Made by a program: the position numbers and the translations under genes. 64,000 bases of DNA from Marsupella aquatica (taxonomy: Eukaryota > Plantae > Marchantiophyta), in contig OZ316896.1 of assembly GCA_973895155.1 (NCBI GenBank), forward strand, positions 3,820,738 to 3,884,737, read 5' to 3'. Of the stretch, positions 36,546 through 48,739 are shown one piece after another (position 1 is the first letter of the stretch; the number at the start of each line of letters is the position of its first letter). The notes beneath the pieces were generated by a model that worked only from the letters and a program-made list of their open reading frames with translations, ran no database searches and had not been told where the DNA came from.

Positions 36546-38342
36546 GCATTGATTGACACCGAAAGAGTATAAACTCTTTACATAAATAGAGTGCAAGGTT
36601 ATACTCTTTACATTATTTAATCTCACAGTGAGGAGTTTTGTTTAGAGTTGTTAGGGACTTAGGAAAATTATTGGGTCAGAATGTGAGCTTGTTTTTGGAA
36701 TTCCCTCTGGATTGGTTGTTGTTTATAATGCCCCCTTGAATGCCACCAATGTTGGTAAGTATGACAGGGTAACTTCAGGGGTAATTATTTTCAAAATCTA
36801 ATATACTCTTGTCTTTATAGGTCCCATTATAAAGTCTCCTTACAGGTCTCCTTTCGGTAAAAGTAGAGTTTCAGATCCCATCTGAGCTCAAAGGTTTTGG
36901 ATGGAGATCCATTCAAGTTTATGCCTCTATCCATCAGAGCATCAATTTTAAAAGTAATGGAGGCGGAAGAAAGAGGCATGTAGTACGACACAACCTTACA
37001 TGTCAGCCAAACGCTTAAACCACACCATGCACGTACAGGAGCCTTAAGAGGGCTCCGGGTTACCCGAAGAGCTCATTCAAAAATTTACAAAGCCTCCCTT
37101 GAAGGATGCAATTAAGGTGCTTGCTACACCTCTCAAGAGCCAGTGGGTCTCTCCACTTGCCCTTTCGCCTACAGTCCACCATTTGATGCAATCTAGGGCT
37201 CCAAAGAAAGGTCTCTTTGAGATCTATGATTGGGAAAAATTGGAGCCAAAATTTTGGAATATTAAGTAAGAAAACCAGTCTCATTCGCAATTGGAGTACT
37301 ACCCTAAAGGAACGCCACACTGAAAAGTGAACAAATTTTCTTGTATTTTAGAATACTGATGAACAAATCTTATTATTCTTTTTGATACCATTTGTAAGGT
37401 GTAACAAGATGATATGCAAATTTTGGTGTACTATATTTAATAAACTTACATACTCTAGGTTAGTAATATCCATTTAACCTTTCTAGCATTTGAGACTTTG
37501 AAGCTTTCCTTATATGTCTTTGAAGGACACTTAAAAGGACTTGTCACACAACAGGTCACAACATTTCAGAACTCACTCAGAAGGACTCCAAAATTTGCAT
37601 TTTGGACAAGAATTTTTTACCAGGACATGGATACTAACAGGATAATCTTCTATTTTTTGACTCAAATATTGACACCCACTAACCCTTGATATGCAGTCCG
37701 ACAAAAATCATCAATAGTTTTAGCTTATCTAGAGCAATCAATTATAGGGTCCTTTTAAAAGTAAAAAACTTGATTTATTTACATGGCGAGGTAAGTTATG
37801 GCATGTAAAATAACGTAGTGAAAAGGTAGATGTGTTGAAATCACGATGAAGCTTTTGCACTCGCTTTTGCAATGTTACAAAAGTCATTTTTCACTAAACA
37901 AAAGCTTGTTTTTCAGTCCTGAAAATGGTTCCTCAGAGGGCACACCCAATTGCAAAGGAGCCAAAAGGAAAACCAATCCCTCTGATATTATTGGTGGATT
38001 TCAAAATTATGAGATCCTGGCCATCCATTCAAATTCAAGCTTTTTCTAGTTTGGCCATCCATTTCCATTTGCATCTAGCAATCTCATCCATCTATTTTAG
38101 AAGGCCTTACAGGATTCAAAAGAAAGATCTCAGTGAGATCTACTGCTGGGTTTTTTCCGTCTAGACAATGATTAAATATCCTTCAAAATAAAAGTAAAAA
38201 GAATATAGTTTTGGCCCGGCCAATGTTGGTCTGCTTGCCATTATATTCTGCTTCCTTTTCCTGAATTCTAAAGGAGCTTATATATATAATACCAATATAT
38301 TGTACCAAATTGTCTTTTATACTTGTATGCGTGGTTTAACTC

Positions 38343-38797
38343 TCACTAGACTTCTACACTATCGGACATATTTTTTGGCAAGTTCTTGTACTTTTTCTAT
38401 TTCCAACAAGTTCTCAAATTTCATTTCCAATTCTATTTGTACTGAGTCAACATTCTCATCGCACCCAACTTAACAGCACTCCTTGTAGCAATCTAATCCA
38501 AACACAATGCCTGGCAAGTGTGCAACATATCGCAGAGGCATGCCCAGCCACAACTCCGGACAAGAACAAGATCAAATTTGGATGAAGATGAGAATTCTTA
38601 ACATAGATGGCAATGCAGTTGAGGACCAGACTTCAATGCAACGAACTAATCAACGTCCTTCATCAGCTGCCACTCCACTTGCCAATTCCCAGCCATGAGT
38701 TTGAGTTTCTCTGATCATCATACATATTTTGTGGCACTCATTGTGAGACCTCTTAGCCTTCAAATTCAGACCAGGAGCAAATGATGGAGTTTTGGGT
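38343..38797 (+). repeat. Diverged, CpG-depleted duplicate of the AUG1 upstream region (43231-43670)
   Basis: Shared anchors TCACTAGACTTCTACACTA, CAATGCCTGGC, TGCCCAGCCACA, ATCAGCTGCC and AAATTCAG. Confidence 0.85.
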
Positions 38798-40570
38798 CAT
38801 GCCAAGTTTTTTTTGCGACTGCTTCCACTGCATCTGGTACCTTCATGAGTGGCGCATAATCACATTATACCCAAGCCAAGTGGGTGTACACCTAATTAGT
38901 AATGCTTCATCTTCATCACACTATCAACATAGCTATAATATGGATTACAGCACAAATCAAATTTTGTTCTAAAGGTACAACAGGATTGTGTGAGAGCCTT
39001 GTGACATTCTCTGACCACAAGACAAAACTTAGGGACATCAGTTTGAGCTAGACTGTGCTACATTGGATATCAACGGGAGAAGCCTTCTGTCAAGCTTGGG
39101 GATTTTGCCAAATCAAGACAAAGGTCCCATCCTTGCATTCAGTGAATCTAACCTTTGTCCTTTGCTTGCTAGTCATTCTCTCAGGATTGCCATAATAAAG
39201 ATAAATGTTAACTGAAACCAATGAGTGGAGTGATAGAGTAAGTAACTTACTTAGTTACTTACAAGTCTAGAATAAAAACAAGTGTCTCAAAATATCACAA
39301 CTCTCATGCCCAGAAGTTGTCAACTATCATCAATTGTTAGCGAGGTTTCATATAATGAATTGTCCAATAACACCACTCCAATCTTATTTTACATGTTGGT
39401 TGCAGGCCATGAACAATGAAAACAATGATCTTGGTTCCATGTTGTTCCATTTGCAAAGTAATTAAAGAACTTTGAAAAAGTAAAACTAGAGCTAGAAAAG
39501 TACTATATAAAAACATTCTATGTGGGGCTCTATGTAACATCTCCTCAACTGGGCCTTTATATATGAGAATGCATTGGACCATGTTTCGAGACATGGTCTG
39601 CTAGAACATGGTCATTCCATGTCTGCTACATAATAAGTCAATGCTCGATGATATATATGAATGTTGTGCTTGCATGAGCTTTAATTTGGGTTTCCACCAC
39701 AATGAAATCAAGTAGCAACGCACAACTAGATGACTCAAATTATGAACTGGGGGTCCAAATTAGATTACTGCATGTTGAGTACATTCTTACATTTGAACAC
39801 AGATCTGTGACAATCATACTCTCTATATAGCAACTAATCATGGAACTGACACCTTACAACAATAAATTAATAGTCACCGAGTCATAGGGTAGGAATGGAG
39901 TCACTTGGGTCAAGAACCTGAAATTGTCGTCATCGGAGAAGGGCTGATTCTCCTTCCTCCTCCGCTGCCTCCTCCTCTTCCGTCTTGCTAGGTAATTGCA
40001 CAAATGGCAGATCTTTAGAGAAATTGGGAAACAGTATGGTGTTAGTGCAAGAATGACCAGCAAAGAGGGCTTGGCATCCCAGCATAACTAAGAGGTGGAC
40101 AGAGGTGAATGATTCAACTCCAGAAGAACCCTTTTGTTTCCCTTATTGATAAGTAGCCACTCTTACATGTAATCACTCTCGACAAGACACAACCGATGGA
40201 GTACATTTGATGTCCCAAAATCTGCTTGCATATACTAATGATTAGGTGATAATTTTGTTACACTGCTGGATCATCGATTCTTCCTTGAAAGGATCAAGGA
40301 TCAATTGATTCTTGACCTTCTTATCATGACATAGGACTAAGTGAACAAATAGAAATCTTTCTTTGCTTTCATAGGGAGAGCTACAAAGTTGCAGTTGCAA
40401 TTGAAATTTGCAATTTCCAAATGAATGCATTGACACAAAATCATCACGCAACTTGGTCATAATTTGTGAGTGACTGTGGAACCATCAGGTCTAAAGGTCA
40501 TCAAGGACCTGAGCTAGCATGACTTGAAGGCTAAGAGAATCCACAGAGGCGACATGATACCAAGAGTGAA

Positions 40571-40835
40571 GCATGTGCTCAGAGGTCATCTGGTGAGGGA
40601 TGGGATCTGAGGGATGGGCAGTGCAGTGCAGCCCAAGAAGGATGAAGCCTATATATATTCAGCCTGAACATGATGACTATGTTTACTGAATGAAATAATC
40701 TGAGAGCATGTGCTCAAAGGTCATGAAAAGAGGGATGGGAGCTAAGGGATGGGCAGCAGATGCAGCGCAACCTGAGAAGGACGGAGCCTAAACTTAGCCC
40801 AAACATGATGTCTATAATATGTTTACCTAGTGAAA
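40571..40835. repeat. ~135-bp tandem duplication
   Basis: GCATGTGCTCARAGGTCAT...GAGGGATGGGA...AGGGATGGGCAG...AACATGATG occurs twice. Confidence 0.85.
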
Positions 40836-40865
40836 CGCAAGGAACAATAATTGCAGATCATGTTG

Positions 40866-40990
40866 AATTATTATTATTTTAAAGGGAAATCTGTGAAACC
40901 CCACAGAAAGAGAAGAGTTCACCACAATAGTAGAACCCAAGACCTATCAGTCTCTAATCAAGTGAGCTACCACAAAGTCATGCCTCTCTG
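40866..40990 (-). mobile_element. tRNA-derived SINE-like element, family 1 copy 2
   Basis: Colinear with 3915-4021 (AATCTGTGAA, ACCTATCAGTCTC, AGCTACCACA), with an (AAT)n tail on the minus strand. Confidence 0.65.
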
Positions 40991-42359
40991 GGCAATCATG
41001 TTGAAGTATTAGCAAATCTTGCAAGACTTACAAACAAAATTACAATACTTGTACAGTGAAAGTATGCTAGCAACTCTGAGTAGCAATCTAGTCCAAGAAT
41101 CCACTGATGGAACATGGCTGTTGTTCTCTTAGAGAACTCTGCCGTTTGGTGTGGAGCATTGTTTGTCCCAATTGCATTGTTTGCCTGCAGTTCATCTGAC
41201 AAATCTGCACCTTACTAAGCAATACTATCTTTCGCAGCTAATTAAGTCATTGGAGAATGCAGAGGGAGGTTGGTAACTTGTAGGTTCAACACTGGAAGAG
41301 CAAGAGACGGGTGACATGATTTTGGACTATGGTAGAAGACAGAATCGCATTATCCCAATTTGCAAGTCACTACATTGTAAAGGAGAAGTGACATTGATAT
41401 CTCAATTTGCAAATCATTGCATCATAAATGTCACTCACTCATCCGGAGAGAGTAGCTAGGGGAGTTGACTGGACGCGCGGCAAGAAACTAAAAAGTCTAT
41501 TCTAGACATGGTAGGAAGCAAGATTTTACCACCTCTTGCACAAAAGTTTGAAATGTCCAAAGAACAACATAATGCAAAGCAAAGCATAATGGTAAGAATG
41601 AAATGCTATTGCGCTGAGAAATATTTTGCACTTTGAATCTTTCCAGCTATGGGACCTGCTTGATGCACATTATTGTTGAGAACTATCGGTAGTGCTTAGT
41701 GTTCATATGGTTGCACAGTAGGAATCATCAAGCATTACATTTGATACATTTCTTTTCCTTGGAGCTGAGTTCCCGAGCATGCACACAATCAGGGGTGAAA
41801 GCAATGCAGGTGAGGGTTGGATGCCAGACATGAACTTTGTGTAGCTCTATCTCGTTCGCTTAGTTGAGTTCAGTCTCTTACTACTACCTGCTGCTCCTTT
41901 AACTCAGTGGTCCAGGAGCGCGAAGAGGAGAAGCAGGTTAGGGATGGGTGCGAGACTGAGACTGCAACATGTGGTCTGGCCTTGCAGGAATTGACAGCGG
42001 GCAAGGGCAGGCTCGCGGGCCTCAATCCAGGGGTGTCCCATATCACGCACAAAGTTTTGGGGAAAATAAACACCCTAAAATATAAGTAAATAAAGTTTTC
42101 TAAGGAGTTTTTTTACCCCTAACTTAATACATGTTCTTAGAATATTCCCATATTTGGTTAGAAAAACACTATGATTCTTATAATTGTCAAAACTGGATTA
42201 GAACACCCCATATGTTCTTCCACACAAAATTAAAAGTCTTTCACTAAACCCAATAAAAAACATTATACTTATTAATGCGTGATGGGTATGTTGGAAGAAA
42301 CAAAGTGAAAACCCCAGGAGAGTATGACGTTGAGGGCAGGACAGAATAGACAAGTGGCT

Positions 42360-42598
42360 GGCAAGAGACATGGCCTTTTCATAACATCTTCAGTTGATAA
42401 TTGTACATCAAAATGTGACAATATACATACATTTTATCACTATCATATCACTCCATATCATGATAAACTTAATTATTCTCTTTGGCAGGCAAGACACATG
42501 ACCTTCTCTTAACATCTTGATAATTGTACATCAAAATGTGACAATAAGCATACACTCTATCATATCAGACACTCCATATCATGACAAACTTAATTATT
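42360..42598. repeat. ~127-bp tandem duplication
   Basis: TTGATAATTGTACATCAAAATGTGACAATA and CACTCCATATCATGAYAAACTTAATTATT each occur twice. Confidence 0.85.
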
Positions 42599-42785
42599 AT
42601 TTTTAGATCACTGTCTGCTATATATTCATCTTACATCACATATTCATAGATTGTCTCATATTAATGTGCAAGTATATATTATTTACACCATATATTGTCA
42701 CATATTATATTCCATGGGTGATCTCAAAGTTATTGGCCTGTGAAAAGTGCCAAACAGGTCTGTGAAGATGCCTTATTCTCCGTTT

Positions 42786-42853
42786 TCACTTTTAGCTCAA
42801 TGGTAGAGAAGTTGGCTGTTAACTGGTCATAGGTTCAAGTCCTACCCGAGGAG
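42786..42853 (+). pseudogene. trnN: Degenerate organelle-type tRNA-Asn(GTT)
   Basis: TAGCTCAATGGTAGAG...GGCTGTTAAC-TGGTCATAGGTTCAAGTCCTACCCGAGGAG resembles plastid trnN-GUU. About 4 nt are deleted from the 3' anticodon stem and the acceptor stem is damaged. Confidence 0.8.
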
Positions 42854-42864
42854 TTATGATTCAG

Positions 42865-42912
42865 ATTTGTTATGTAGGTGTTAATCTATTAGGAAAGGGT
42901 TTACATAGTTAT
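42865..42912 (+). pseudogene. ccsA: Plastid ccsA C-terminal fragment (NUPT)
   Basis: Translates to ICYVGVNLLGKGLHSY, matching the CcsA terminal motif (W)ICYxGVNLLGxGLHSY(G), with AT-rich codons. Confidence 0.8.
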
Positions 42913-43838
42913 CCATGGTTACCTCAAAGTCTATAATTTTAATTGTCTCTTAAAAAGGCTATTATTCTCATGCTTTTAATTGTCTCTTAAAAAGGCTGTC
43001 TCTTAAAAAGGCTGTTATTGGAAAAGCAACTAAAAAATACTATTTGTTATTTTTCTATTTTTTTTTGCTTTCCCTCAATTTCTCCTCAATTTCTTCACTT
43101 TTCCTGTTTCTAGTCAGGTTTTGATGGTATACACCTTTTTATATGGCCAGTGTGGTTTTTAGAAAAAGAGGGGGAAGAAAGAGGCATTGGAGGAGACACA
43201 GCCTTACATGTAACTCAAAACGCTTTACTGTCACTAGACTTCTACACTACTGTACATGCTTTTGAACGAGTTTTTCGTAGTTTTCTCGTAGTTTTCATCG
43301 AGCTCTCGGAATTCTCCACTCCAATTCAATTTGTGCCGAGTCGATGTCCTTCTCATCCTTCCCAACAGCACTCTAATACGAATGCAATGCCTGGCGAGCG
43401 TGCAGCAGATCGTAGACGAATGCCCAGCCACAGCTCCGGACGAGAACAAGATCGAATTGGAATGAAGAAGATGAGAAGGAATGAGAAAGAATGAGAAAGA
43501 TGGCGATGCACTTGAGTATCGGCTTTCAATGCGACGAACGACTCTTATCAGCTGCCGCTCCACAAGTTTCCAGCCGTGAGTTTCTCCGATCGTCATTCAT
43601 CTTTTGGCGTTGTTCGTTCTGAGACATCTTAGTCTCGAAATTCAGCGAAGGCATGACGGAGTTTAGGGTTGGAGCTCTGCCTCTCACTCCTCATTATGAG
43701 CTTGTGCCGCAAGCAGAGAGATATGGTTAAAGATTGAGAGAAAGGAATGACAGAGTTGAGGGTTGGAGCTCTGCCTCTCATTGCTCCTTGTGAACTTGCC
43801 GGACATAGAGAGATATAGAACAGTCTGAGAGAGAGGGG

Positions 43839-46583
43839 ATGGCGGGCGCGATGACGGAGATAGGAGGAGGAGGTGGTGGAGGTGGTGGAGGGGCAGGAGT
43901 GAGTGGGAATGGTAGCAGCGAGGGGGTGTTTGATGCGGCGCACGTGGCGGAGGTGAAGGCATGGCTGAAGACGGTGTTCGAAGCGGCAGGACGGGAGGTG
44001 CCGGAATTCGAGTACACGCCGAGTACAATAGCTCATCTCCACAAGATATCCACTATGTCGCAGAAGCGCACGGCGGCGGCTGCAATCGTGGCAGCCGATC
44101 TTCGCCAAAAGGCCGCTGAATATCATGTTGAAGGTAAGGAGGGAAGGAGGTGCGGCATTGCATTGCGTTGCATTCCACTCACTTTGCTTAGCTTTTACCG
44201 TGAGGGTTGACTCTCCATGGAGAATTAATCCTCTGCCTGTTTGGAGGTAGGCTCGTAGGTTGATGTTCGTGGTCAACTTTCCCAGCTGAATATCGTGTTG
44301 AAGGTGCGGCATTGCATTTCTATTTTCTTTGGTGAGCTCTCCGTCTGCGTGCAAACCTTCTATGAACAATCGAGCCCCTTCCCATTTTAACGTTAACCTG
44401 CAGCTTTTAGATCTGCAGAATGGGATTCAATGCGACGTACTTTGCATTTTCCGTTCTCTTTGGTTAGCTCTCACCCAGAGGCTTTTAATGGACAATTGGT
44501 CCTCTGCGTGGTCCAATAGGTACAATTCGTTCTGAAGTTACCGTCCTCAGAGATTTAAGTGATTGATCAATTATAATTCTGGAATGCATTGCATTGCCTG
44601 CTACTAAAACATGAGAACTAACTAACGAAACTCGGACTCACAGACTCTATCTGATCCCACACCTGTGTTTAAAAATTGCCAGTAGGTTCATAAATTGATT
44701 CTTTGAAAGGTCAGCCGCAGAGGGGAGTAGATAGGGAATCAATCTGCTCTTCCAGTTCGTGGGAAAGCTGAGCAGATGCCTATGTCATCTCATCTATACC
44801 TTAAACCCTGGGAATCGTCTGTCAGTTGGACCATTATTACTTGAATTTTGGCGGTGTTTGGAGTTGTGTTGTCTTTCGAAATAGAAAAGTTTGGCTCCAA
44901 ATTCTAATCCTGTTAAATATTTCTGACTTCTGCAGCGGCCCGAGTACGTGAAATCTTGGAATTTGCAGGCCTTTCTCAAGAGAATTTATCACAGAGTGGG
45001 GTAGCATCAGCTCATACACTAGCCAGTGTGGCGCATTTGCTAGATATCAACGACATGGAAACTAGTAGGTAAACTTCAGTCTGGCTGCTAGAAAATCATA
45101 CTTGTCCGTATATCGGTCAGTCAGCTTTGGGCAACATAACATGATTGGAACTAAAATGTCCGACACTTGATAGTCTGAACAAGGAGAGCATCAATTCAAT
45201 GCTCAAAGTGTGCTCGATTGTGGTCGCTATTCTATCCCGTATTACGTATGATATCACTACGATGTGTGTGACGTGACATCAAGAGACTTCGCGAGAGTCG
45301 TGGTACATTGCTGTTAGCAGACTTTCTAAGATTCTTGTGATTCTGGCATGTTGCAGCTTTCTTTTGGCCATGGCCGAGCTTTCCTTGAAGAAAGCGGATG
45401 TGCAAGAGAAACGATTGAAGGCTGAGAAGCAATCAAAGATGCTTCTAGATAACACACGAAAGGCTATCTCCAGACTTACTTATTTGAAAAGGTAGGGCTC
45501 AAACCATTGCGTGTGGAAGTAAATATTCTTTTATGCCTGCGACCAGTTTTCTTTTGTTTTTAGAAGTAATCACCAAGTACTCCCCGCCTTTCAGTACTGT
45601 TTTCAATACGGTCTGATGATGATTTCTAATCGTGACGGGGGAGGGAGCAGGACGCTCTCACAGCTTGAAGAGGAGGCAGCAGCGCGAGAGGGGCCCATGT
45701 TGCAATGGCAGACCAACCTGAAGATGATGAACTCGAAAGAGCGCCAGTATCTTCAACAGCTTTCTAATTACAAGGTATGTTTTGTCAAGACAATGTGACG
45801 TGTCTATGGGACCTTATACAGATTGCGCCAAGTTAAGGTTTCGGCAGATTAGTATCTAGCGCTCTGTATACAAAGTTGCTTGGCCGTTTGTTTGAATATT
45901 ATTCCCATTGCAATGAAGTTTAAAATTAGCGATTGAGACAATCCTTGCTTGGCAGGCTGTGCTAGCTCGGTTGGGATACACACCAGAGATCAGTCATGGT
46001 GTCCTGATGGAAATGGTGGAGCACCGTCAAGAATTGGAACGGAAGACCAAACCCATTCTTGATACACTTCGATCATATCAAGACCTTCCCCCGGTTAGGC
46101 CTGTTCAACTTTGTTTACATTGCCTTTTTTACTTTTGTCCGACATATGATGGAAGTACAGGAATACTCTGTATGGTTGTAGGTCAGATTGAATGTCCAAT
46201 TGCTGAGCAGGATGCTTTCAGAGGGTTGTTGGAAATTCTTCTTAGTATGAATCGACAAGTTAATTTGTTCCTGCTTGTGCTGTTCATTTCTCATGTTCGG
46301 TTCCTCCCACACTCAGAGTCGATGAATGCTATGAAAGAGTGACTCGAGTAGGCTCTGTAATTGAGGTCTTCTGGTTCATCTATTCATACCTTCTTCTGTT
46401 ATATGTAGGTCCTGAATGAGAGGATCAATAAATTCATTTTGACTTGTTTGCCTATGGCGGATTTGAGCGCAGGACAAAGCTTTGGCAGAGCTAGCGATCG
46501 AGGACAAGAGGCGGGAGTACGAAGCAGCAGAGAAGTACCTCGAGGATGCGCTGCATTCAGCTCTGAATACACCGAACGAATAA
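43839..46583 (+). CDS. AUG1: AUGMIN subunit 1 (HAUS1), 311 aa
   Basis: Exons 43839-44133, 44936-45068, 45357-45491, 45651-45774, 45956-46093, 46473-46583; 936 nt in frame. Motifs: EVKAWL, VPEFEYT, TRKAISRLTYLK, GYTPEISH, TKPILDTLRSYQDLPPDKALAELAIEDK. Confidence 0.95.
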
Positions 46584-48355
46584 TATGCTGATGCTATTGA
46601 GAGGAGGGTGTAGTGCGCTAGCATTTGCTCATCAAATTGTGATCAGGAACAGACCGTCCTCACGTTATGTATCTGTCAAACTCGTCAGGCCCCCGTTCTT
46701 TCAGGAGTATGTCCTCCACATGTACAGAGCAGGAATGTTTCTAAAAGGCAGTTCCTATCAGGGTTTCCGACGACGAGCTAGCTACATTGACGCGTCTACC
46801 TTTCAGTCATCATTCTACAGTCGATGCCATGTTAGACAGTTTGAGAAACTCCTCCAACTAAGCTTACCCGGGATGTTTTACAGCGCTTCATTTGAACCTC
46901 ATTATCATTAGAACTGCTGTTGTGGACCTTTGGAATTAAGACTAGTGTAGGATACTAGGACTCCGGCTCCAAGGACAGCGAATGAACACTATTGCCTTGT
47001 GCATTTCCAATATGGAGCTCTCAAAGCAGAAGTTTCCGGCAATGTCATCAATTGCTTTTGATGTCTGGGAAGATTTCTGATTCAAAGGCTTTGAGACTAA
47101 TGGATTCATAGTCAATCATATTTGTCAACCGACACGCAATGGACACTAGCAATCGCTCTAACCTACAATTGGACTATCTCCGAATCACGTTGCCTTCACT
47201 GAGTACAGAATCTTATAGGCATCGCTTTCATAGCACCACAACATTTCAAATATTGATCGGGTCAGTTTTCACTCGGTATGCATCTGTTCATTTGTTTGAT
47301 CGTTAACTTGTTCAATTACTTGCAGTAGTAATGGACGAATACATAATCAGGGCCCTGACAGCAAACAAAATGGAAATGTCGCCTGTTCTTCCACATAACT
47401 CATAACTCATCCTCTACTAAAAGACATGACACCCCGCATGAGGGGAGAAAGTGAGCGATTGTTACAATCCAGAGCGTCTGAAGAAACATCCCATAATGAC
47501 CAACGGTACGAATGAGCTTTGCTCTGCCACATGAGCTACACTAATGTCTAGAGCACTTCTGTCTGTTGGCAAAGTCAACCTTCATACCTTGTGAACCGGC
47601 AGGAAAAATGAGCTCCTCTGTTTGACATGGACCACACTCGTGTGCACCGCCCTCTTAGAGGTAAGTTAGCCTTAATTGATCACCACGACGGAAAGACGGA
47701 TGGCCCGATCTTACCAGTAGGCTGGACCTACTTATCTCACCAGGTTCAAGTACCTCCTCCTGTTCAGGTGGATCACCTGGAGAGCATTTACATTGTATCA
47801 CACGGCTTATACTCTTGTGTCCACCCTACGCTGGGACCGGATTTGCTCCATGGAATTACAATGGGCTACAGCGAAGGGCATCATCGCCAGCTGTGAATAG
47901 CTCACATGCGCATCTCAACTAAAAGCTGAAAATACGTCCGTGCCCAGAATGTTGAGGAACAGGAAGTTTGAATGAAAGGTTCTAAAGGGCAAAGGGCTGT
48001 ATCAAACAAGACCAACTCTTGGCACACTGCACTGTAAAGCAGAAAAGTACGGTTCGATTCTTTGAGTAGTTATTACACTCACGCATTAGAACTAAAAATT
48101 TTCCTCGTTTAGAATTGGGACTCGAAACTCGAACCAAATGTGTGATTCTAGCAAGAAATTAATTCGCGTTTATAAAAGCTCTTACACCTCTACTTAGTAC
48201 TAATATATGCCATGCTTGCAAGGCTTTCACTCACGAACTGACTGATTTCAGGATTTTAGCATCTTTCAGTAATAAAAAAGTGCAAGTTCTATGCAACAAT
48301 AATGCATTGATAACCGTATCCGATTCCTAGAGCAGTGGGGTCCTGAGTACTGCTT

Positions 48356-48739
48356 CTACGAAGAGCGAGGTGGAGAGTTAGGCCCTCTAAACATACCCTG
48401 TCTTTTACTTTCCCTTGCTCTCCTTCGTTCTGCTTCCTCTCTTGAATGTTCTTGTCTTTCTCTGCTTCGCTCTGCAAGTTCCCTTTTGGTCTCCTGTACC
48501 ACCCTCTCGTCCTCACATTTTTGCCTCTCTTTCTCAGCCTGGGTCCTTTCGTATTCGTTCGCTTTCATATCCTCCAAGAGCTCTTCCAATTTGAAAATTG
48601 CAATTGGCGAGAAAGAATAACTCCGCGGCTGTGGTCCCATCCGCCGTGAATGATCAGGACTGTCTGGGAAGCAGTCCTCATTGTCGTCAGGCTCTTCCAG
48701 TGCAAGTTTTTCGTCCGGCGTTTGGGTCTTACCGTACAT
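48356..48739 (-). pseudogene. Open charged/coiled-coil-like segment at the end of a decayed coding-like tract
   Basis: 127-codon ORF rich in E/R/K. Upstream minus-strand sequence (to ~51600) yields short protein-like frames broken by stops. No family recognised. Confidence 0.3.

Noticed and set aside
37381-37396. Minus-strand TGGTATCA resembling an iMet primer-binding site
   Set aside because: The match is partial, and no paired LTR or gag/pol remnant was recognised.
39854-41202. Possible minus-strand exons (RRKENQPF..., DELQANN...)
   Set aside because: I could not build a consistent spliced model or recognise a family.
42759-42772. CTGTGAAGATGC resembling 23S rRNA within the plastid mosaic
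   Set aside because: A 12-nt match is too short to support.
42786-42853. Functional tRNA-Asn gene
   Set aside because: The anticodon stem has a deletion and the acceptor stem is mismatched, so it is reported as a pseudogene.
43629-44369. 246-aa minus-strand ORF over AUG1 exon 1
   Set aside because: Non-ATG start, low complexity, and antisense to the GC-rich poly-Gly exon.
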